Origin: Rubripirellula sp.
GTDB lineage: Bacteria; Planctomycetota; Planctomycetia; Pirellulales; Pirellulaceae
Assembly: GCA_965216875.1 (NCBI GenBank)
Contig: OZ244207.1
Span: 4,800,001-4,864,000 of the forward strand
DNA length: 64,000 bases
Reading direction: 5' to 3'
In this document: piece after piece, positions 1 through 9,612 of the stretch
Layout of the letters: each line of letters begins with the position of its first letter
How positions within the stretch are numbered: the first letter of the stretch is position 1
The notes under the pieces: generated by a model
Seen by the model: the letters and a program-made list of their open reading frames with translations, nothing else
The model's database searches: none
What the model was told of the DNA's origin: nothing
Made by a program: the position numbers and the translations under genes

Positions 1-445
1 TCGGAAAAATCGAAGCGTCGTAAACGTAGTCGTTTTCAGCAAGCACGCTCAAAACGTCGTCGGGGCAACTGAAACCTGGGCCACGAAATCCGAGCGGGCG
101 TCGCCCCAGGACTTCAACAATCCGTTGCCCGGTCACGTTGATTTCGTCAGCGATTTCCTCGCTCGACATCGTGTGCATCCACGGCAGATGATTGAGCGAA
201 TGGTTGGCCGGCTCCCAACGATCCAGACGATCAAACGACGCAATCGCATCGCAATCACTCGACTCGACCAAATCACGTCCCACGATGAAGACGGTCAGAG
301 GCAAATCCAACTCACCAAGCACTTCGACGATTCGATCAACGGCAAGTTGCAAATAGCCATCGCGGTCCATCCAGTCGTCGCGACCGGCGGCGCGCAGGTA
401 GGCCCACTTGTTGTCGAGATCAAGTGACAAGCTCGCAACACTCAT
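1..445 (-). CDS. Polysaccharide deacetylase family protein (N-terminal part; runs off the window edge)
   Basis: Not in the ORF track. Manual translation from ATG 445 gives MSVASLSLDLDNKWAY...LTVFIVG...ANHSLNH...PLGFRGPGF...YDASIFP, which are NodB/CE4-type motifs. ATGA overlap with the upstream glycosyltransferase. Confidence 0.8.
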   Translation of the reverse strand, partial: MSVASLSLDLDNKWAYLRAAGRDDWMDRDGYLQLAVDRIVEVLGELDLPLTVFIVGRDLVESSDCDAIASFDRLDRWEPANHSLNHLPWMHTMSSEEIADEINVTGQRIVEVLGRRPLGFRGPGFSCPDDVLSVLAENDYVYDASIFP

Positions 446-1665
446 TTCGCACCTCGCGGACGTCTTGAATGCTCTGGCTCTTGGTTCATGACATATCGGA
501 TTGCATCAACCGCTCCGCTTGCCGCCCACTCTGGCGTTCGGTCGGAAATCGACTCGCGACAAGCTTCTCGCATCTCGGCGATCGATTCGGACGATGCGTC
601 CAAATAGGAATCGATGCTCCTGGCAAGTGACCCGGACACCGTTGGATCGAACTGCCAACCGTTAACGTCGTCGTCGATCAGCGTCGTCACCGCTTGAGCA
701 TGAACGCTTCCAATGACCGGCAATCCAGCTTGCAGCGCCTCGTTGACGACAACCAACCACTCATCCGCGAGTGTGGGAGCAATCAACGCACCACTTCGGC
801 TCATCCGCTCGCTCAACTGCGCTGGCGAAAGATTGCCGAGCATGTTGAGCGTCAGGTTTTCTGGCACGTCAAAGGTCTCGATCGAGTCCCGCAGTGGCCC
901 TTCGCCGGCAAAAGCGAGTTGCAACTGGCGGTCCGGACGTTGACGGCAATAGGCCGCGACCTGCTCAAGCATCGGCAACACACCCTTGCGCTCGCTCAAT
1001 TGCCCAACGCACAACAGTCGACTTCGCGTTTCGTCATCCTGGCGCGTTACCGGAGCAGCGCTCGCCGAACGATCGTCGGCAGCATAAGGCAGGTGGAAAA
1101 GTTTGTTTGGATCAGTGTCAAACGATTCGAGGTACTCGCGGCACGATGGACCGTTGTAGGTCACCGCGTCGGCCGAGCGAATCAATCGCTTTCGCAACTT
1201 GCTGCGGAGCCAACCGCGCCCCTGTTCGGTCCGTTGAGACATGTAGGTGCAAAGGACAAGTTTGCAATCCCGATTGCGTTGGCAATAGAGCGAGGCACCG
1301 GCCGAACGCGCACCGAGCTCGAGCGACATCACGACATCGGGCTTGAGCGATTTCAGTTGCCGTGTGGTGTCGTAAGGAATGTGCACATAAAGCGGATCCT
1401 CGAAGCCAGCCGACCGATGCCGCCAGCTTTGACGCATCGTCCAGGTGTTTTGAACCGTCACGTTGAGGTCGGCCCAATCGAGTTCGAAGTCACGATTCGG
1501 CTCGATCGGCGTGCTAAGCAAGACATGAAAGTCGCGTACCGAGCGCGCGATCGACTGCAAGACACGAACCTGATAAAGCGGGATGTAGTGCGTTAGAAAA
1601 ACGACACGCGCATCAATCACGTCATCAGTCAAATCGCTCGACGAAGATTGTTCGGTCACGAGCAC
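442..1665 (-). CDS. Glycosyltransferase family 4 (GT-B)
   Basis: VGQLSERKG and DEWLVVVNEALQAGLPVI motifs. Start placed at GTG 1665, overlapping the upstream stop (ORF track extends to 1773). Confidence 0.85.
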   Translation of the reverse strand: MLVTEQSSSSDLTDDVIDARVVFLTHYIPLYQVRVLQSIARSVRDFHVLLSTPIEPNRDFELDWADLNVTVQNTWTMRQSWRHRSAGFEDPLYVHIPYDTTRQLKSLKPDVVMSLELGARSAGASLYCQRNRDCKLVLCTYMSQRTEQGRGWLRSKLRKRLIRSADAVTYNGPSCREYLESFDTDPNKLFHLPYAADDRSASAAPVTRQDDETRSRLLCVGQLSERKGVLPMLEQVAAYCRQRPDRQLQLAFAGEGPLRDSIETFDVPENLTLNMLGNLSPAQLSERMSRSGALIAPTLADEWLVVVNEALQAGLPVIGSVHAQAVTTLIDDDVNGWQFDPTVSGSLARSIDSYLDASSESIAEMREACRESISDRTPEWAASGAVDAIRYVMNQEPEHSRRPRGAK

Positions 1666-2861
1666 TATTCGCCACCTCGTCCCATCAGCGGCACCACGAT
1701 TGTCTGGGCGATGAGCGTTAGATCTTTGAAAAACCCGTGTTCGTCGATGTAACGCAGGTCGAGCCGCATCCAATCGTCAAACGTTTTAGCGCGAGACTTG
1801 TTGACTTGCCAGTAGCAGGTCAATCCCGGCCGCACGTCCAATCGTCGTCGATGCCACGGTTGGCAGGCGCGAGATTCATGCCAGGGAAGGGGACGTGGTC
1901 CGACGAGTGACATTTCACCTCGAATCACATTCCAAAGCTGAGGCAATTCGTCGATGCATGTCTTGCGCAAAAGATTGCCCACCCGCGTGACGCGAGGATC
2001 CTTGTCCATCTTGAACGCAGGCCCGTCGCGGTGGTTCTGATCTCGCAGCTCATGCTGGACCTGGTCTGCATTGACCACCATCGTGCGCAATTTGTAGATC
2101 GTGAAAGGCTGACCCATGAAACCTTCGCGGGTCTGCTTGTACATCACAGGCCCTTTGTCAGTCAGCTTGATCGCAAGCATCCCGCCAACGATGAACGGAC
2201 TGGTCAAAACCAGTCCTACCGAACCGCCAACGATGTCGACCGCGCGTTTGAGCGACATTTTTGCAATTGGTCGCTCGACCAATGGATCTTCGGAACTGAC
2301 TTGGACGTCGGCGCCTTCGACGCGGTAGGTGTCGGCACTCTGGGGTGCGCCACGGTCACTACTACGCCGTCGGGAACGGTTCGATTTGGACGAAAACGAA
2401 TCTCCATCCGATGAGGAATCATCATCGGGCTCGAAACCTTCGGGATCGTGCACACGCAGCTGCAAGGTCGCCTTCAGGTTGTGCTGCTCGGTCAATCGGG
2501 TCAGACGCTCGAGAGCCGACCGGCCGCCCATTTCTGGAGTGTCGACGAGAAGGACGGCAAGTTTTGATGGCCCAATCAAACCTTTGTGATCGGTCACCCG
2601 CACATTGCGTTCGAGCAGCCGTGCCAACATCCGAGCGCGGCGGCGTCGGTGCGAGTTGCCAGTCAATTCGATCGTGATCAAGCAGAAGGGAATCGATCGA
2701 CGAGTGGCGCGAATACGTTCGCGCGCAACTTCATGATTGAAATCGGCTGCGGAAAGGAACAATGATCCTTGCCGCGTTCTCGCCGACCTTCGATCGATCA
2801 CTTTGTTGATGAATGCTCCGAGCACTTGGTGCAACCCCATGTTGCGAAACCAGTCGACCAT
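1665..2861 (-). CDS. Priming sugar transferase (bacterial sugar transferase family) with an N-terminal degenerate GGDEF-like domain
   Basis: C-terminus has KRAVDI...KLRTM...DPRVTRVG..LRKTCIDELPQLWNVIRGEMSLVGPRP...RPGLT. N-terminus has a GGDEF-like pattern. Confidence 0.9.
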   Translation of the reverse strand: MVDWFRNMGLHQVLGAFINKVIDRRSARTRQGSLFLSAADFNHEVARERIRATRRSIPFCLITIELTGNSHRRRRARMLARLLERNVRVTDHKGLIGPSKLAVLLVDTPEMGGRSALERLTRLTEQHNLKATLQLRVHDPEGFEPDDDSSSDGDSFSSKSNRSRRRSSDRGAPQSADTYRVEGADVQVSSEDPLVERPIAKMSLKRAVDIVGGSVGLVLTSPFIVGGMLAIKLTDKGPVMYKQTREGFMGQPFTIYKLRTMVVNADQVQHELRDQNHRDGPAFKMDKDPRVTRVGNLLRKTCIDELPQLWNVIRGEMSLVGPRPLPWHESRACQPWHRRRLDVRPGLTCYWQVNKSRAKTFDDWMRLDLRYIDEHGFFKDLTLIAQTIVVPLMGRGGE

Positions 2862-2936
2862 CCGTGTCGCGGTATCGATGATGCAGTACTAAGTTGTCTT
2901 GGCTGGACGGTTCCAGCCCCAATGGTCACGCGCCAC

Positions 2937-4529
2937 TTAGCGTGGCAGCGTTGCGACTTGCGAATCACCCGATGTCGCATAGTCGTCTTCGTCAATTCGG
3001 TTCTGTTCCCCGTCAATGTCGTTGTCCCCGGCAACGTCGCCAGCTCCGCCGAATTCACTCGACCCTGGCCGCATGCCGGCGGTGTCTCGCAACAACGCTT
3101 GCAGCACGCCCAACGCCAGTCCCAACAAGCTTCCAAGTGACAGCAGAAGTAGTCGTGGAGGCCCCACCTTTTTGAGATTCAGTGAAGCGGTCTGAATCAC
3201 GCTCACATCGGAGAGGTTTTGGTTGTCCAATTCGTGGACCACCCGCGCGTGTTCAAAACTCTTTGCGTGCTCGAGGTAGTTCTTTTCGGCAATGTCGGCG
3301 GCCCAGCCGAGCTGAGACAATTCGATCGCGTCTTCGTTGAGACGCTGCAAATCGGCCTCGGCTTCTTCGAGGCTGGCAACCAACGAGTCGCGGCGACTCT
3401 TCAAGCCAACACTCTTGGCCCGCGCTTTTTGATACTCCGTCTCGAGTTCTTGGCGAACTGGATTGAGTGCTTCGCGTGTGATTTCGCGGTCGGCGCCCTC
3501 GTTTGAAACGATCGCTTCACCCTCGTCGAGATTCGCCTTCAAACGTTGGTAGCGAGGATGATTGGGCGTCACCTTCAACAGCTCTTCGCCTTTCTCCATC
3601 TGTTCGCCGTAGAGCGCGGTGCGCATCGAATCCTTGGCGTTGTTGGCAAGCCCCTTGGTCACTTCCATCGGAACCCAACTATCGACCGTCGCAAGCTGCT
3701 CGGCCAACGACTTGGCGTGACTTTCCGCGTCGGCGAAACTGCTTTCGGCCGAATCGAGCGAAAGTTCAAGATTGACGATTCGTTCCTGAAGGGTCGCCTC
3801 GGCCGAATCAACGCTGAGCCAACCTGACTTGTTGCGAGCCTCCTGCAGACGCCGTCGTGCTTCGATCGCGGCCTGCTCGCTCTTGTAAATCTGTTCTTTA
3901 AAGAAGCTCAAGGAACCTTGCGCACGATGGGCATCAACGTGGTAACGCTGGTACTGAGACATCACCGCCTCAACGATGTCTTGCGCCAAAAGTGGGTCGC
4001 TCCCGCGGGAAACAACCGACACGGTGTACCCATTGCGTGGAATTGAAATCTCTAGCGATTTGCTGACCCTCTTGATCGCCTCTTCTTTGGCTAATTGAGC
4101 CGAGACTTCCTCCGCATCGAGATCCGTTTCCGCAACGCCTCCCGAGATCGCAAGGCTCTGACCTATTCGATCCAGCCATGTGCGCGGTCGATTGATCTCC
4201 TCGACACCAACGATCTCAACGGCCCGTTCGGCAATCGCACGACTGCCGACCATTTCGGCGACGCTCACGACCTCGGCTGCGCGGCTCTCTTGTAATGAAA
4301 TCGACTTCGATGGAAGCGTTGTTGGGTCGAGCGAAACCGCGCCGCGACCAAGGCGGACATACATCAATCCGTCACTGCTGTAGCGGTTGGGCCATACCAA
4401 CAACGTCCCCGCTACAATCACACCCACAACCACCGTTGTCACCACAATCGATCGCCACTGGCGCATCACCGAGCGCATCAAATCGGATGGCGTGACCGAA
4501 GCCCAAGCTTCTGCGGTGTAGCGGTCCAT
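2937..4529 (-). CDS. Polysaccharide chain-length determinant / co-polymerase (GumC/Wzz-like)
   Basis: N-terminal TM, long coiled-coil periplasmic region, Pro-rich motif before a C-terminal TM; EPS context. Confidence 0.8.
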   Translation of the reverse strand: MDRYTAEAWASVTPSDLMRSVMRQWRSIVVTTVVVGVIVAGTLLVWPNRYSSDGLMYVRLGRGAVSLDPTTLPSKSISLQESRAAEVVSVAEMVGSRAIAERAVEIVGVEEINRPRTWLDRIGQSLAISGGVAETDLDAEEVSAQLAKEEAIKRVSKSLEISIPRNGYTVSVVSRGSDPLLAQDIVEAVMSQYQRYHVDAHRAQGSLSFFKEQIYKSEQAAIEARRRLQEARNKSGWLSVDSAEATLQERIVNLELSLDSAESSFADAESHAKSLAEQLATVDSWVPMEVTKGLANNAKDSMRTALYGEQMEKGEELLKVTPNHPRYQRLKANLDEGEAIVSNEGADREITREALNPVRQELETEYQKARAKSVGLKSRRDSLVASLEEAEADLQRLNEDAIELSQLGWAADIAEKNYLEHAKSFEHARVVHELDNQNLSDVSVIQTASLNLKKVGPPRLLLLSLGSLLGLALGVLQALLRDTAGMRPGSSEFGGAGDVAGDNDIDGEQNRIDEDDYATSGDSQVATLPR

Positions 4530-4953
4530 TGATGGAAGCTCTGATTGAGTAACGAAGTCGTGCCCACCCCGATGGCGGTTGACCAGATGCGGCCAAGCGC
4601 AACATTGAAGAAGTGACCGATCGTCCCGAACGTTGTCAGCTCTAGGCTATTCACGCTTTCAAACTAGGACAAATAGGTTATTTCGGGGCCTAAGTTGTAA
4701 TTTGAAAAAAGGGCAAAGTATAGCAATTAGGCGCAATTTAATGCCAAAGCCCTCCCGCTAACCTCAATCCCCGCCGCAGGGGTGACTTGGTGAACATTAA
4801 TCCAGACCAAGAAGCGGCGGTCTGCACACCCCCTCGATTAGCTACCTGAAACAACTCGCGCGATTGCTCAGCTGTCCAGAGCTTGTCGCGCGAAGTCAAA
4901 TTCATCACGACCGTCCCAACCTGCGCATCCCGGTGCCAACGGAGTCCCCTCGC

Positions 4954-5616
4954 ATGCCACTTTCACGAACACCTGAACCACCGATGCCCGATGCGAGCGT
5001 CGAGGCGTTCGAGTACCAGCAGATGGACCACAGCGAGGTGAACCGCAAATTCATCGACGAGCTATTGGCGGGTGGCGAAACCGGGTTCGAAGTGATTGAT
5101 CTCGGATGCGGTCCTGCCCAAATTGCAATTGAGCTTTGCCGACGCGATGCGTCCTACCGAGTGATGGGCATCGACGCCGAAATCGAGATGCTCGAACTGG
5201 CCAAAATGGAAATTGACATGGCCGGGATGCTCGACCAGATCACTCTGGCGCACGCAGACGCCACGTCGATGGACGAGTTCGAGGACGAAATGGCCGATTT
5301 GGTCATGAGCAACAGCCTGATTCATCACCTCGATGATCCGATCGAAGGGCTGAAGTCCTGCGTCCGGCTGGTTCGTCCCGGTGGGCGGCTTTTCGTTCGG
5401 GACTTGGCACGGCCCGATTCGGAAGCGGAAGTCGAGTCGCTGGTGAAGGCCTATACCGAGGGGGAATCGGAATTCGCCACTCAACTGTTTCGCCAATCCC
5501 TGCACGCGTCGCTGACGGCAGATGAAATCCGTAGCCTCATCGGGGGCCTTGGCATCGCGGGCGATCACGTTCAAATGTCAAGCGATCGACACTGGACGCT
5601 CGATTGGCGAAAGTGA
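4954..5616 (+). CDS. Class I SAM-dependent methyltransferase
   Basis: VIDLGCGP motif I, SNSLIHH, LVRPGGRLFV. Start at ATG 4954. Confidence 0.85.
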   Translation: MPLSRTPEPPMPDASVEAFEYQQMDHSEVNRKFIDELLAGGETGFEVIDLGCGPAQIAIELCRRDASYRVMGIDAEIEMLELAKMEIDMAGMLDQITLAHADATSMDEFEDEMADLVMSNSLIHHLDDPIEGLKSCVRLVRPGGRLFVRDLARPDSEAEVESLVKAYTEGESEFATQLFRQSLHASLTADEIRSLIGGLGIAGDHVQMSSDRHWTLDWRK

Positions 5617-5643
5617 ACCAACACGCTCAACGCGAGACGCTGC

Positions 5644-6438
5644 ATGCGCACTTACCTGCAACTACTCGACGAAGTCTTGACTCATGGAATTGACCGCGAA
5701 GACCGCACGGGCGTGGGCACGCGTGGCTTGTTTGGTCGCCAAATCCGGTTTGACCTCTCGGAAGGCTTTCCGCTGCTGACCACCAAAGAAGTGCATGTTC
5801 GCTCGGTCATTTACGAACTGCTTTGGTTCCTGCGTGGCGACACCAACGTTAGCTGGTTGAAAGAGAACGGCGTGTCGATTTGGGACGAATGGGCCGATGA
5901 AAACGGCAACCTGGGACCTGTCTACGGACACCAGTGGAGGTCATGGGAAACACCTGGTGGGGAAACGATCGACCAAATCAAGGACGTCGAAAACGAGATT
6001 CGCACCAACCCAAAATCACGCCGCCTGATCGTCTCGGCTTGGAATGTGGCCGACGTGCAACGTATGAAGCTGCCGCCGTGCCATTTGTTGTTTCAGTTCT
6101 ACGTCGCGGGCGATCGGCTGTCGTGCCAGCTTTACCAACGCAGCGCCGATCTCTTTTTGGGCGTTCCCTTCAACATCGCCAGCTACGCACTCTTGACGAT
6201 GATGATGGCCAAGGTCACCGGGCTGAAACCGGGCGACTTTGTTCACACGTTTGGCGACTTGCACCTGTACCGCAACCATTTCCAACAGGCCCGCGAGCAG
6301 CTTTCTCGGCACCCCAAGCCGCTGCCGACGATGAACATCTTGTCGAGCCCCGAGTCGGTCACCGACTTCAACTTCGAAGATTTTCAAATCGTCGACTACG
6401 ACCCACACCCACGAATCAAAGCCCCAGTCGCGGTTTGA
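5644..6438 (+). CDS. thyA: Thymidylate synthase
   Basis: DRTGVGT, catalytic [23 protein letters not shown]; 264 aa. Confidence 0.98.
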   Translation: MRTYLQLLDEVLTHGIDREDRTGVGTRGLFGRQIRFDLSEGFPLLTTKEVHVRSVIYELLWFLRGDTNVSWLKENGVSIWDEWADENGNLGPVYGHQWRSWETPGGETIDQIKDVENEIRTNPKSRRLIVSAWNVADVQRMKLPPCHLLFQFYVAGDRLSCQLYQRSADLFLGVPFNIASYALLTMMMAKVTGLKPGDFVHTFGDLHLYRNHFQQAREQLSRHPKPLPTMNILSSPESVTDFNFEDFQIVDYDPHPRIKAPVAV

Positions 6439-6472
6439 GCCGCACAACGAAGTAGGCCGGATCGTTTGGTTC

Positions 6473-6519
6473 GTAGTCACGCCTTTAGGCGGTCTGCGAT
6501 AAGATTCCGGCTGAAGCCG
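6473..6519. repeat. REP-like GTAG palindrome doublet (degenerate)
   Basis: GTAGTCACGCCTTTAGGCGG ... CCGGCTGAAGCCG; related to the element at 13748-13813. Confidence 0.55.
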
Positions 6520-6550
6520 CCCGACCTTCTTCTACCCCGTTCCACCAATC

Positions 6551-6575
6551 CCACGCTCTGGCGAGCGTAGCTACG
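6551..6575 (-). repeat. REP-like palindrome (GTAGCTACGCTCGCCAGAGCGTGG on the minus strand)
   Basis: Identical 25-mer at 60530-60554; internal hairpin ACGCTC/GAGCGT. Confidence 0.8.
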
Positions 6576-6585
6576 CCAACAAGAC

Positions 6586-7122
6586 ATGCCCCAGGACGAC
6601 TTTCAAAAGAGACTTACTGGGCCAGAAAGCCTGACTTGCGTTGTTGCCATGACGCCAACCGGTGTGATCGGTCGAGATGGCGACATGCCTTGGCGTCTGA
6701 GCAGCGACCTGCGTCGGTTCAAGAAGATGACGATGGGCGGCACGCTGTTGATGGGGCGACGCACCTACGATTCGATCGGCCGACCGCTACCTGGACGGCG
6801 AACGATCGTGATCACGCGCAACGCCGACTGGTCGGCTGACGGAGTCGATCGGGCCAGCAGCCCTGAGGCAGCGGTCGAGATGATCGGCGACAACCGCGGG
6901 TTCGTGGTCGGCGGAGCAGAAATCTATCGACTGCTGCTCCCGCAGTGCCAGTACCTTTGGCTAACCCGCGTCTGGTCCTCGGTCGAAGGGGACACGGTGC
7001 TCGACCTCGACCTGGCTCCCTTTGAAGTCATTTCGTCGATGCGGATCCCAGCATCCCCTCGCGATGACGTGCCGACAGAGTTTTTCCAGATGAAACGAAG
7101 AACAGACCTGGGAGATTCTTGA
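6586..7122 (+). CDS. folA: Dihydrofolate reductase
   Basis: GVIGRDGDMPW.LSSDLRRFK, MGRRTYDSIGRPLPGR, VVGGAEIY. Confidence 0.95.
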   Translation: MPQDDFQKRLTGPESLTCVVAMTPTGVIGRDGDMPWRLSSDLRRFKKMTMGGTLLMGRRTYDSIGRPLPGRRTIVITRNADWSADGVDRASSPEAAVEMIGDNRGFVVGGAEIYRLLLPQCQYLWLTRVWSSVEGDTVLDLDLAPFEVISSMRIPASPRDDVPTEFFQMKRRTDLGDS

Positions 7123-7469
7123 GAAGATGGGTAGGATTCTGCCCAATCGCACTCCAATCAGGCGAAATGGACGGGTTGAAGCCAATCCGATTGAGCTCGA
7201 ACCGGCACAATTTACCTGAACGACTCAGAGTGCAGTCCACATCAGCGTCCTCACCAAGTGACGCTTGATGCACAACGAAACAACCGAGCGCCGCGTCAGA
7301 AAAATCCTGAGAAAATGGTGTTATGTCCCCATTGAGCAAAAAGGGGGCCAGTCGCTATATTTCGGGATTCTTACCCGAAGGGTCTGCACGCATGTAGGCC
7401 CAAATTCCGAAAGCAGGCCAGCTTTTGGACGTGCCGCAACGCTGACAAGACGATTCCAGGAGTCCCGTT

Positions 7470-7853
7470 ATGCCCCGTTTGATGGGCGTTGATATCCCCA
7501 ACGACAAGCAAATCCAGTATTCACTGACCTATTTGTATGGGATCGGTTTGTATACAGCGCGAGAGGTCTGCGAAAAGCTGGGGATCGACCCAACTCGTCC
7601 GGCACGTGACATCCACGAGGATGAACTCGGTCGTATCGCTGCTCTTTTGGAGCGTGATTACACGGTCGAAGGTCCGCTGCGACGTCAAATCACGCAGAAC
7701 ATCAGCCGACTTCGCGAAGTCAAGGCGTACCGCGGCATTCGTCACCGCGTTGGATTGCCTGTTCGCGGACAACGCACCAAGACCAACGCTCGCACGCGAA
7801 AAGGTCCTCGTAAGACGGTTGCCGGTAAGAAAGGGGTCAAGGACTTGCGTTAG
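7470..7853 (+). CDS. rpsM: 30S ribosomal protein S13
   Basis: LTYLYGIG, YRGIRHRVGLPVRGQRTKTNARTRKG. Confidence 0.98.
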   Translation: MPRLMGVDIPNDKQIQYSLTYLYGIGLYTAREVCEKLGIDPTRPARDIHEDELGRIAALLERDYTVEGPLRRQITQNISRLREVKAYRGIRHRVGLPVRGQRTKTNARTRKGPRKTVAGKKGVKDLR

Positions 7854-7954
7854 TCGTTTCCGATCGTCGCCTTTGGACGATCGCAATCGCCGCCGGGCCT
7901 TGAACCGTTTGCACGAAACTCAATCCAACAAAATTCACCAGCAGAGACTTTGCA

Positions 7955-8338
7955 GTGGCAAAGACCAACAAGAAAAAACGAATTCGGCGCAATGTCAGCA
8001 ACGGGATCGCTCACATTCACGCCACATTCAACAACACAACTGTGACCATCACCGATGCCAAGGGCGACACGCTCTGCTGGGCAAGTGCTGGCACGAGTGG
8101 ATTCAAGGGAAGCCGCAAGAGCACCCCGTTCGCAGGACAATGTGCTGCCCAGCAAGCCGCTGAAAAGGCAACCAAGTTCGGCATGCGAGATGTTGAAGTC
8201 CGCGTGAAGGGACCTGGCTCGGGCCGCGAAAGTGCAATCACTTCGCTGCAATCGGCTGGTTTGAATGTCAAGTTGATCGAAGACGTTACCCCGATCCCAC
8301 ACAACGGGTGTCGCCCTCGCAAAAAGCGACGCGTGTAG
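7955..8338 (+). CDS. rpsK: 30S ribosomal protein S11
   Basis: [33 protein letters not shown]. Confidence 0.98.
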   Translation: MAKTNKKKRIRRNVSNGIAHIHATFNNTTVTITDAKGDTLCWASAGTSGFKGSRKSTPFAGQCAAQQAAEKATKFGMRDVEVRVKGPGSGRESAITSLQSAGLNVKLIEDVTPIPHNGCRPRKKRRV

Positions 8339-8525
8339 TCCTCGACTTTCACCACCGCCGTCGCACTTGCTCGAATGCCTGGGAAAGGCAGACTCGGCAA
8401 ACCACTGCGGCGGACTGCGTAAATTTTGGCCAGGCATTGAGTGACGCACGAGACGTCCACCAACGCTGTCCCTTTCTTTGAATAAACACACTCACCTCCA
8501 CATCCAATCACGAGGTTTGATCACG

Positions 8526-9515
8526 ATGCATATTCGTTGGCGCGGCATGGAGCTCCCGAGCACCCTGGAAGTCGATCGTGATTCGCTAACTGCGACCTAC
8601 GGCAAGTTCACGGCCGAACCGTTCGAACGTGGCTTTGGTGCCAGCGTGGGCAACAGCCTGCGACGCGTTCTGCTCAGCAGCCTGGTCGGTAGCGCCGTCA
8701 CCCAAATCAAAATCCGTGGCGCTCAGCACGAATTCACCACGATCCCCGGTGTACTCGAAGACGTCACCCAAATCGTCCTTAACGTCAAAAGCTTGGTCGT
8801 TCGCAACCACAGCGAAGCGACCCGCGTGATCGCTGTCGAACGCGACACCGCTGGCGTCATCACCGGTGCCGACATCCAAACTGATTCCGATGTCGAGATC
8901 ATCAACAAAGATCACGTGATCGCAACGCTCACCGATGACGTTCCATTCATGATGGAAATGGTTGTCGAAAACGGTCGCGGTTACGTCCCAAGCACCGAGC
9001 ACAGCACGGTCGATCACGAGATCGGCATCATTCCAATCGATGCCGTGTTCAGCCCGATCACTCGCGTCCGCTACTTCGTTGAAGAGACTCGTGTTGGTCA
9101 AAAGACCAACTTCGACAAGCTCAACTTGGAAATCTGGACCGACGGCTCGATCAACCCCGAACTGGCTTTGGTCGAATCGGCAAAGATCCTTCGCAAGCAC
9201 CTCAACCCATTCGTGCAGTACCGCGAGTTGGGACCGAGCATCTTCTCGGCTGCCCGCGGTGGTGCCGGTTCGCCTGAAGCTCAACTCGAAGCCAAGTTGA
9301 ACATGACTTTGGCCGAGCTACGCTTGTCGGTGCGAGCCAACAACTGCTTGGAAAGCGAAAACATCCAAACGGTTCGTGACCTTGTTCAACGAACCGAAGA
9401 CCAGTTGCTTGAAGTGCGTAACTTCGGCGACACCACGCTCAATGAAGTGCGTGAAAAGTTGTCACAGTACGGATTGCACCTCGGTATGCGAGTTCCCAAC
9501 CAGCCAATGTTCTAG
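8526..9515 (+). CDS. rpoA: DNA-directed RNA polymerase subunit alpha
   Basis: [29 protein letters not shown], alpha-[12 protein letters not shown]...NFG. Start at ATG 8526. Confidence 0.98.
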   Translation: MHIRWRGMELPSTLEVDRDSLTATYGKFTAEPFERGFGASVGNSLRRVLLSSLVGSAVTQIKIRGAQHEFTTIPGVLEDVTQIVLNVKSLVVRNHSEATRVIAVERDTAGVITGADIQTDSDVEIINKDHVIATLTDDVPFMMEMVVENGRGYVPSTEHSTVDHEIGIIPIDAVFSPITRVRYFVEETRVGQKTNFDKLNLEIWTDGSINPELALVESAKILRKHLNPFVQYRELGPSIFSAARGGAGSPEAQLEAKLNMTLAELRLSVRANNCLESENIQTVRDLVQRTEDQLLEVRNFGDTTLNEVREKLSQYGLHLGMRVPNQPMF

Positions 9516-9550
9516 TTGGCAGCCAATGTTCTCGTTGGCAGCCGATGGTC
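9501..9550 (+). repeat. 19-bp tandem repeat (about 2.5 copies) spanning the rpoA stop
   Basis: CAGCCAATGTTCTAGTTGG / CAGCCAATGTTCTCGTTGG / CAGCCGATGGTC. Confidence 0.75.
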
Positions 9551-9612
9551 GGCTTTTGGGAATCGCCCAGTTACTTCATTCACCTAACGTTTTTTGACAC
9601 GGATCCACCGCC

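Noticed and set aside
125..427. 100-aa plus-strand ORF
   Set aside because: Antisense to the polysaccharide deacetylase read on the minus strand.
694..1596. 300-aa plus-strand ORF
   Set aside because: Antisense shadow of the GT4 gene; no motifs.
7265..7492. 75-aa ORF upstream of rpsM (possible rpmJ or infA)
   Set aside because: No resemblance to L36 or IF-1; likely promoter/leader sequence.
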